Part shown: piece after piece, positions 6,376-13,128 of the stretch
How the letters are laid out: every line of letters starts with the position of its first letter
How positions within the stretch are numbered: position 1 is the stretch's first letter
Source of the DNA: Candidatus Thorarchaeota archaeon
GTDB lineage: Archaea > Asgardarchaeota > Thorarchaeia > Thorarchaeales > Thorarchaeaceae
Direction: 5' to 3'
DNA: 14,879 nucleotides
Assembly: GCA_003345555.1 (NCBI GenBank)
Contig: PRDJ01000011.1
Location: 1 to 14,879, forward strand
The notes under the pieces: model-generated
Told to the model about the DNA's origin: nothing
The model's database searches: none
What the model saw: the letters and a program-made list of their open reading frames with translations, nothing else
Translations under genes and position numbers: made by a program

Positions 6376-8591
6376 TGGTCGGAAACAAGGATGAGGACAG
6401 CCAGCCAGTGCAGACGACATTGGGAGAGCTCATCGAATCAAAGAAATCGGGGATGCAAAAGATGAAGTCAGCCAAGAGCAGCACGCGAGCAAGAAAGCAC
6501 AACAACGCTCGTGCAAACGATAAGAAGAGTACGAAGAAAGGGCAATCTGCGAAAGCGACGAAGAAGCAATCCTCGAAAGTCGCTCCCTCGAAGTCTCCAA
6601 GACCGAAGCATCCTGCCAGCAAGCCCGCAAAGGAGAAGAAAGAAGAGCCCAAACAGAAAACTGGTACCGAACGCACCCCATCAGTTCCCAGCCAAGAAGG
6701 CACCGCCCTGAAGCTCTTGCCAGGAGTGGGAGCCAAGCTCGCACAGAAGCTGGCATCTACCGGTTATGACTCAGTAGAGAGGCTGTCCAAAGCGAGAGCC
6801 GACGCGCTATCACGCAGAATCAAGGGCTTGAACGTTGAGGAAGCAAAGAAAATCATTCGCACTGCCACAGAGTATCTTCGCGGCAGGTCGGTGACAGACG
6901 AGACGTTGTCAGTGGAGGCGGCTACTCCAGTGAGTGGAGCAGCTCTTCTCGCTGCCGAAGACAGTGCTGCAGAGACTGCGACCGCGAAGTCAGATGAAGA
7001 GGGCAGCAAGACTAAGGAATATGACATAAAGCTCACGGAGTTGCCAGGCGTTGGTCCCAAGCTCGCAGAGAGATTCAGGGAAGCGGGCTATGATTCGGTT
7101 GCGCGCGTTTCAAGATCACGTCCCGACGCCCTGGCACGCACTGTTGCTGGTCTCAGCAAGGATCGCGCCAAGTCAATTGTCTCAGCCGCAAAGGAAGCTA
7201 TCACTTCAAGACAGCTTGCGGAATTGGCAGAGGAAGCTTCAAAGACTGCTCCGGAACCGAAAAGGGGAGCCGCAGCGCCCCCAACTAAGAAACGGGGCAA
7301 GGCAAAGACCCAGGAGACAGTCGTCTCCCCGCTCTTACAGAAAGCCAAGGCCAAGAAGCCTATCGAGAAACGTCCCAGACCTGTAATCAAATCATCGGGT
7401 CTTCCCGTACCCGAATCCGTGCTCGAGCTACGCAGGGAACTGAAAGCTCGCTATCGTGCTGCCGAAAAGGCGGAAGCCGCAGCAGGATCTGAGGCTCCAG
7501 CTTTCGCCTCCGGCACCGTCCAAGTCGCCGACCTAACATCCGATGAGACGACTGCCAGATTGGTCGAAGCGGCAATTGAAGTTCTCAATGAGACCATGAC
7601 CACAGGCCGCCCATCATTCGAGATTCCAAGCAGATCGGCAGACAACATTGTCTGGGACGAAATCAAGGATCTACTGCTTCTAGGCATGCGTACTATATCT
7701 CGGCCTTATCATTCTCTTGCATCGGTCTTGGACGCGACAAGAACAGCCCGAGTAATGGAGATTGTCTATCAGCTTCTCCGATCTGGCCTCCATGCAACGA
7801 AAAGAGAGCTCTACTACGCCGATGTCAATCTGTTCAGAGACCAAAGATACAGTGACAAGATTATTGAAGATGTCGCTTCAATGCTGCCTACAACCCGTGA
7901 CAGCATCCATGTCGTGGCTGCCGCAAGAGGCTCGGCCATGGGAAGGATTGTTATCAGAGACGCGGGTGATAGAATTGACCTAACGCAAATGGGAACAGGC
8001 GGTTGGGCCATAACACCCTTCTTGGATCAGGTCGAGATCGTCGAGAGTGATGCAGAGTTCATCCTGCTGTCGGAGAAGGACGCAGCCGTCATGAGACTTG
8101 CGGAAGCCAAATACTGGAATAGGCAACCCTGTATTGTGATTACCGGAAAAGGATCTGGTGACATAGCTACGAGAGCCTTCCTCAAGACAATGGTGAAGGA
8201 ACTTGAGATTCCAGCATTCGCATTGATGGACTCAGACCCATACGGTCACTACATCTACTCTGTGTTTCTAAGAGGCAGCAAGCGCTTGAGCTACGAGTCG
8301 CCATTCATAGCTACGCCGGAACTGAAGCTTCTCGGAGTGCTTAGCAGAGACCTTGATGAATTCAAGATTCCAAAGAGTGTGCGTATTCCAATGATGCCAG
8401 CTGACATCAAACGAGTGAAGGAGATGCTCAAGGAGCCGTTCGTGCAGAAGAATGATCCTTGGGTCGAAGATCTGCAGTTGATGCTGAGGATAAAAGAGAA
8501 GGCGGAAATCCAAGCATTTGCTAGCCACGGGTTCGAATACCTAACAGACGAATACATTCCGAGGAAGCTCGAGACTGGCGATTGGATATAG
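6375..8591 (+). CDS. top6A: DNA topoisomerase VI subunit A (Spo11 family) with a long N-terminal extension bearing two HhH modules
   Basis: 738 aa. The C-terminal ~350 aa have 5Y-CAP TKRELYY (catalytic Tyr481), Toprim LSEKDA (E567), ITGKG, DSDPYG (D619/D621) and the KAEIQAF end motif. The GTG start overlaps the top6B stop (TAGTG); alternative ATG at 6453. Confidence 0.93.
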   Translation: MVGNKDEDSQPVQTTLGELIESKKSGMQKMKSAKSSTRARKHNNARANDKKSTKKGQSAKATKKQSSKVAPSKSPRPKHPASKPAKEKKEEPKQKTGTERTPSVPSQEGTALKLLPGVGAKLAQKLASTGYDSVERLSKARADALSRRIKGLNVEEAKKIIRTATEYLRGRSVTDETLSVEAATPVSGAALLAAEDSAAETATAKSDEEGSKTKEYDIKLTELPGVGPKLAERFREAGYDSVARVSRSRPDALARTVAGLSKDRAKSIVSAAKEAITSRQLAELAEEASKTAPEPKRGAAAPPTKKRGKAKTQETVVSPLLQKAKAKKPIEKRPRPVIKSSGLPVPESVLELRRELKARYRAAEKAEAAAGSEAPAFASGTVQVADLTSDETTARLVEAAIEVLNETMTTGRPSFEIPSRSADNIVWDEIKDLLLLGMRTISRPYHSLASVLDATRTARVMEIVYQLLRSGLHATKRELYYADVNLFRDQRYSDKIIEDVASMLPTTRDSIHVVAAARGSAMGRIVIRDAGDRIDLTQMGTGGWAITPFLDQVEIVESDAEFILLSEKDAAVMRLAEAKYWNRQPCIVITGKGSGDIATRAFLKTMVKELEIPAFALMDSDPYGHYIYSVFLRGSKRLSYESPFIATPELKLLGVLSRDLDEFKIPKSVRIPMMPADIKRVKEMLKEPFVQKNDPWVEDLQLMLRIKEKAEIQAFASHGFEYLTDEYIPRKLETGDWI
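6708..7190 (+). repeat. Two 53-aa intragenic HhH-module repeats (6708-6866 and 7032-7190) in top6A
   Basis: LKLLPGVGAKLAQKLASTGYDSVERLSKARADALSRRIKGLNVEEAKKIIRTA vs LTELPGVGPKLAERFREAGYDSVARVSRSRPDALARTVAGLSKDRAKSIVSAA: 27/53 identical by ungapped manual alignment. Confidence 0.9.
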
Positions 8592-8747
8592 AGTCTAGAC
8601 TCTTCAGAGCCCCGAAAAGAGACATGATTGGTGTCATCACGGCCAAAGCTGAAGCCTTCACCGATTCCAATGAATCATGATGCTGACCGAGACTTGTCAT
8701 GATTGAGCCAACAACATGGAGAAAGGCGGTTGTGGAGGATACCCCTG

Positions 8748-10094
8748 CTAAGCCTTCCTTATCTTGCGCTCAAGACCACTGAGCTTCCGCGGATCTTCTG
8801 CCTCTCTGAATCTCTCAGCGGCTTCCTTGTACTTTGTAAGAGCTTCTCTTGACTGTCCGTTCTTTGCGAGTGAGTCCCCCTCTGTCTCCAGCGCTCTTCC
8901 CCATGCGGCATAGCACTCACGAGTTCTCTCCGCGCACCTTGCCCTCTTCTTAGCATCCGTAGAAAACATGTAGAACTCTCTGGCCTTCTTGAACTGAACG
9001 ATGGCCCACTCGAATTCAGCTGACTTCAGATGGCGTTCGCCTTGGACAAAGTGCGATTCGGCGATGGCATCGTAGCCCTCGTCTGCTCGTCTTGTACTCT
9101 CTTCCACCATCTTGCTATTGCCTGCTTTCTCGAACAGCTTCTTTGCCATCTCGAACGACTCGATTGCGCTCTCATGTTCATTGTCCTTCAGCTCTGTCAT
9201 GCCGAATTCAAGCCTAGCCCTGCCCATAGCATCGTATACATACGCAGGGTACTCGAACTCGTCCTGAGTTATTACGGCGCCACACTTGGGGCAAGAAGGC
9301 GTCTCAAGCTCAGGCATCGGGATTGCGGTCCCGATCTTCGTGGGTTTGCCGACCACAGCATCTATGAAACCTCGACTCGTTACTCCTCTGCCTTCCGGAA
9401 ACAAATGCGCAACGGCGGCCTTTGTTGATACTGGTCTTTTTTCGGGCTCAACTTGCCGACGGGACTCGTCATCGCTAACCTCAGGGGCTTCTGATGTTAC
9501 TTTCGGCGGCGCAACCTCTTGGAACGGATTGCCTTCCTTGACATCGCTGCTTTCTATCTCTTTCACAACAGGATACTCCCAAGCGAGAGTTGAGTCCTCC
9601 CGAGACGATGGAACCTGCTTTACCGCGACTTCTGCTACTGGCATCTGGCTTGAAACAACAGGAGATGCCTTCTCCACGCTCTTAACCGGAGTTTCCCTTT
9701 CTGGCAATTGCAGCTCTTCTGCATCCCAATCAGACAATAAACTCTCGAATTCCTCTTCATCGGTCGCCTTGTCTGAGCCGGAACCGGCAGAGGGTTCTTC
9801 GAGTTCTAATTCCTCCACTGGTGGTAGGGCGCCAGACTCTGCTTGGCTCGCGGATTTGCTCTGCGCTGTTGATGTCTCCTCTGCCTCACTTAGCATCCCC
9901 AGCATTTTATCCTCGAGGCCTGCCAATGTCGAGAGCCTTGTCGCCTCAGTCGATGGTTGGGGTGACTCTGTTTGAGAAGGCACCGTGTCCGAATTGTCTA
10001 GAACTCCCGTAAGCTTGCGGCCGCAGCTGTAGCAATGCGTCGAGCCTTTCCCAACTTTAGTGCCGCATCCAGGACACACTGTCTGCTCCTGCAT
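8748..10094 (-). CDS. Zinc-ribbon + acidic disordered linker + TPR-like helical repeat protein
   Basis: 448 aa: N-terminal CPGC...CYSC, ~200 aa rich in S/E/P, a lone CPKC, then three 54-aa helical repeats with a TPR-like G/A/aromatic/A pattern. Confidence 0.85.
   Translation of the reverse strand: MQEQTVCPGCGTKVGKGSTHCYSCGRKLTGVLDNSDTVPSQTESPQPSTEATRLSTLAGLEDKMLGMLSEAEETSTAQSKSASQAESGALPPVEELELEEPSAGSGSDKATDEEEFESLLSDWDAEELQLPERETPVKSVEKASPVVSSQMPVAEVAVKQVPSSREDSTLAWEYPVVKEIESSDVKEGNPFQEVAPPKVTSEAPEVSDDESRRQVEPEKRPVSTKAAVAHLFPEGRGVTSRGFIDAVVGKPTKIGTAIPMPELETPSCPKCGAVITQDEFEYPAYVYDAMGRARLEFGMTELKDNEHESAIESFEMAKKLFEKAGNSKMVEESTRRADEGYDAIAESHFVQGERHLKSAEFEWAIVQFKKAREFYMFSTDAKKRARCAERTRECYAAWGRALETEGDSLAKNGQSREALTKYKEAAERFREAEDPRKLSGLERKIRKA
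8751..9236 (-). repeat. Three 54-aa TPR-like protein repeats
   Basis: Repeats start at Y287, Y341 and Y395 (YDAMGR, YDAIAE, YAAWGR). Each has aligned G, K, A, F/Y, A and F/Y positions. Confidence 0.75.
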
Positions 10095-10249
10095 CTGGAT
10101 CCCTTCTCAATGCAAGGTCATGTCGAGCTCTAGCACGAGCTCTTTCCAGAACAAAGTGGCCAAAATTCACATATGAATGCTCTTCGTATCTGCATGCATT
10201 CACCGGTTTTGTGTCTTCCAAGCACCATATATGGGGGGTGTCTCGCCAT

Positions 10250-10873
10250 CTAGAATTGATATAGCAGTGAATATACGGCCAACGTTACAGCCATCCCAAT
10301 CAGAATACCGCCAACAGACTGAGCAAGTGAGTGCTGTCTAAGAGTCGTTCTTGCCCACACTACAGCAATCCATAAGATGACAACAGGAAGCGCCGCCATC
10401 CCATAAACGAACAGGAGTGCCGTGCCAGGTCCTCCCACGCCTGCGGCATGTACCGATATCTTTGTCCGAAGAGTTGTGATCATCACAGCGGAGGTCACGC
10501 CAAAGTAGGCGGCAGCAAGAACCCTCATGATGTCGCACTGCAACCACCAGTATACTACATAGGCAGCAACATAGCACAGCAGAGAGAATGCAAAGAACCG
10601 CAGCCTCATTTCTCGGGCCGAGACATCAAGATCAACCTTGCCTCTGTGAGCCTGAATCACGATCGGCGAGACAGGTGCAACGACCATCAGGACGAGACAA
10701 ATGATTACGCTAGTGAAAGGAGTAAGAAAGGGACCAAGGGTAATCGGTGAGAAACATGACATGATAATCCCTACATACAGATTCACAAATGGAGCTGGTG
10801 CCACTCTCGATATAGCACGCGCTACTCCAGCACGGTGACCCTGAAGGCCTAGTATCTCGTCGTGGTACTTCAA
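10250..10873 (-). CDS. PAP2-like membrane protein (lipid phosphatase superfamily)
   Basis: 207 aa, about 6-7 TM segments. KISVHAAG (C2-like) and WARTTLRQHSLAQ (C3-like R-x5-H). TTG start with a GGTGAG RBS upstream. Confidence 0.7.
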   Translation of the reverse strand: MKYHDEILGLQGHRAGVARAISRVAPAPFVNLYVGIIMSCFSPITLGPFLTPFTSVIICLVLMVVAPVSPIVIQAHRGKVDLDVSAREMRLRFFAFSLLCYVAAYVVYWWLQCDIMRVLAAAYFGVTSAVMITTLRTKISVHAAGVGGPGTALLFVYGMAALPVVILWIAVVWARTTLRQHSLAQSVGGILIGMAVTLAVYSLLYQF

Positions 10874-11073
10874 CCGAACTCACCGAATGATAGGTCGACT
10901 CTCGGGCTTGCGCGCTTGAATCTTTCTCCTCGTCACGCTTAAGAACTCAGGACGTATGAGGCACCCGGTCCGGCCACTGAATGGGACAACCTTGGCAGCT
11001 CATCTCTCGGTGCTCGTGCTTCTCATCCCACAGAGCCGGTCACCTCCTATGTGTCGAGAATGGTAGCGGAAAG

Positions 11074-12612
11074 ATGAAAAGCCGCCTACACCAACAACGC
11101 CTGCCTGTGGTGTCAGTGCGGGAGATCAAAGGACAACAAGTAAGGCCATTCGTCGTTCTCGCCTTGTTAGTTGGAAGCATTGCGCTGCTTTGGTCCAGTA
11201 CTTTCTTTGTTCAGATACGCAGCGACTCTGGCTCTTTTTGGGCATCAGATGGTTATAACCATGTAGAGGTTGAACTGAACTCAACGACACCAGGAGTCAA
11301 CGTAACAATCGAGACGGTCAGACTCCATATACCTCACTTCAATGTTTCAGCTGGAAATGCAAGCATATTGGTCAGGGCAGCAAATGGCACCGTTCTTTCC
11401 AACATGAGCTTCGTATCTGGCGAATTCATTCCTGGCGTTATGAGTCAAGAATCGATTCCTGACTACGGCTATCCTGTGCAGACGTTCACCATCGCTCTAT
11501 ACTGGGAAGGGGCCAACAATACAGTGACTTTCGATTACGAGGAGTATATAGTCGCGGTCTGGGATGGTGTTCCATACGCAGTGATCCTGCCCGGGTTCTA
11601 TGAGCGACTCTGTACGGGCCTGTGCCTTCTTGCAGCGAGCATTCTACTGTTCGCTTTCACGACATGGGTCTACAACTCCTTGACTTTCTCGGGAATGCGC
11701 CTACCTGAGTACGTCCTGCTAATCTCCGGTTTCCTGCTTCCAACGCTGCTAGGGTTCTTTGTTTTCGGAACGAACATCGTCTTCCGTTTGTATTCCTCAC
11801 TATGGTACTATAGCACCGGAACGAGCGCATTCGCTACACGCATATCGTCAACAATCGAACTCTTTCCCAATGCCTTCGCCTTGGCAGGGCTTCCTTTCAA
11901 CGCTCTCCTGTGTCTCGGCATCTGGCTATCCAGTAAAGGCAGGATAAGCAAACGCGGCTATGAGCTGGTTCTGGGGTTTAGCTTCCTCCCTCAGATTCTA
12001 GCATTGTGTGCAGATTTGTACCAACTGATAGTGCCGTACAGCCCGGCTACATACTACGTTCCCATTCCCTTTCTTCAGGTAGCTGCATACCGCCTATGGA
12101 GCTCCTGGGCACCCACAGAACCGGAGAAAGGTATGTTGCTGCGGCCAGAGAGAGTACTTGCGTTGGGATCCTTACTCGCAGTAGCTGCTCCCGTTCAGTT
12201 TTACATATACTCTGATTGGTGGAGTTCATACTGGGAGTTGTCTGCCTATTGGTGGACCTACGGCAACGGGGGGTACTACGCGGGTCTCGTTCTGGTATCT
12301 TCAGCTTATCAGATAGGAGTCTCTCTCCTGTTCATACTCGTACGATTGTTCTTCGCGTTTGTGCTGTACAGATATTGCCAAGGCAGTATGAACTTCACGT
12401 TAGTTCTCTTGACAGGAATTGTCGCTGAGATGCCTTACCTCGCCGTCGACATCTTCTATATTCTCCAATTCTCGTTATACCACGCAGTTGGATATTCCGG
12501 GCTTCCCACGCCGTTGCTCCTCTGCTTTGGCCTGATTATTGCAGCCTACCAACGTCGTTTTCCTCAGAATCATGTCGCAAAATCGGCCCCTTGGATGGCC
12601 GCTCTGCGCTAA
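11074..12612 (+). CDS. Hypothetical multi-pass membrane protein with sequon-rich extracellular domain and internal duplication
   Basis: N-terminal TM/signal segment, a beta-rich ectodomain with 7 N-x-S/T sequons, then many TM helices in two similar halves. Start uncertain (10981, 11074 or later). Confidence 0.8.
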   Translation: MKSRLHQQRLPVVSVREIKGQQVRPFVVLALLVGSIALLWSSTFFVQIRSDSGSFWASDGYNHVEVELNSTTPGVNVTIETVRLHIPHFNVSAGNASILVRAANGTVLSNMSFVSGEFIPGVMSQESIPDYGYPVQTFTIALYWEGANNTVTFDYEEYIVAVWDGVPYAVILPGFYERLCTGLCLLAASILLFAFTTWVYNSLTFSGMRLPEYVLLISGFLLPTLLGFFVFGTNIVFRLYSSLWYYSTGTSAFATRISSTIELFPNAFALAGLPFNALLCLGIWLSSKGRISKRGYELVLGFSFLPQILALCADLYQLIVPYSPATYYVPIPFLQVAAYRLWSSWAPTEPEKGMLLRPERVLALGSLLAVAAPVQFYIYSDWWSSYWELSAYWWTYGNGGYYAGLVLVSSAYQIGVSLLFILVRLFFAFVLYRYCQGSMNFTLVLLTGIVAEMPYLAVDIFYILQFSLYHAVGYSGLPTPLLLCFGLIIAAYQRRFPQNHVAKSAPWMAALR

Positions 12613-12734
12613 TATGGAGGAACATCAACCACATGTATGCAAGTCGCCTAGGGAGATAGCAGGAAAAACCTTTTCTCTACAAATTCCAACTTGCGCTGAC
12701 AGGGAGATGGCAGAAGCTCCTCACGGATGTGCAA

Positions 12735-13046
12735 ATGATGCCTGCAATGCCCAAGCGTGAGATTTTCGAGAGGATCATCCAGAACATTACGTCCAAGTTC
12801 CCGGACGTTTATGCGGCGCTTTTTATCAGCCCTGAGGGTTTTACGATAAATAGCTGGGGACTGACTCCGGAGCGCTGTGAGGAGGTCTCCGCACTTCTGG
12901 GCGCTCTAATCGGAAAAACAAAGGAAGTAATTGGGCAGATGTTCAAGGAAGGGGCATTACAGTTCATTCAGGTTCAGACGTCATTGGGTGGCATTCGTAT
13001 TGCACCTCAAGAGGAATTCATACTTGTGACTCTAACTCACACATAA
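12735..13046 (+). CDS. Roadblock/LC7 (MglB/LAMTOR-like) domain protein
   Basis: About 100 aa with the alpha-beta-beta-alpha-beta-beta-beta pattern: IIQNITSKFPDVYAALFISPEGFTI, EEVSALLGALI, QFIQVQT, IRIAP, FILVTL. Start uncertain (12729, 12735, 12738 or 12747). Confidence 0.85.
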   Translation: MMPAMPKREIFERIIQNITSKFPDVYAALFISPEGFTINSWGLTPERCEEVSALLGALIGKTKEVIGQMFKEGALQFIQVQTSLGGIRIAPQEEFILVTLTHT

Positions 13047-13085
13047 GCCCTCTGTGAATCCGCTGCGTTCATTACTTGTGAGCGA

Positions 13086-13096
13086 TTATTAATATA
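13086..13096 (+). promoter_or_regulatory. TATA box of the ABC operon (TTATTAATATA)
   Basis: Strong AT-rich element 32 nt upstream of the TTG start; GAGGT RBS at 13118-13122. Confidence 0.55.
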
Positions 13097-13128
13097 GGGG
13101 ACCATGTATCTGCCGTTGAGGTCCACCC

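Noticed and set aside
4198-8591. Interpreting the pair as a defence or mobile module (Wadjet/MksG, Topo VIII, MORC-like)
   Set aside because: Both subunits have canonical Topo VI motifs as separate B and A genes, and no SMC, integrase, transposase or other defence genes are nearby.
8590-8603. Perfect 14-bp palindrome AGAGTCTAGACTCT overlapping the top6A stop
   Set aside because: About one such palindrome is expected by chance per window (4^-7 x ~14,900 = ~0.9), and no second copy was seen.
8673-8704. 8-bp inverted repeat AATCATGA/TCATGATT between convergent genes
   Set aside because: The arms contain the self-palindrome TCATGA, the stem is AT-rich with a 16-nt loop, and there is no T tract; too weak to call a terminator.
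9286-9975. 229-aa plus-strand Ser-rich ORF, and similar antisense or alternate-frame ORFs (635-1078, 2619-3044, 4092-4514, 4140-4529, 6248-6736, 9030-9428, 14501-14857)
   Set aside because: Shadow ORFs overlapping well-supported genes, mostly opposite low-complexity tracts, with no motifs of their own.
12614-12760. 48-aa Cys/His-containing small ORF (MEEHQPHVC...) between the membrane protein and Roadblock
   Set aside because: No standard metal-binding spacing, it overlaps the Roadblock start, and there is no supporting RBS.
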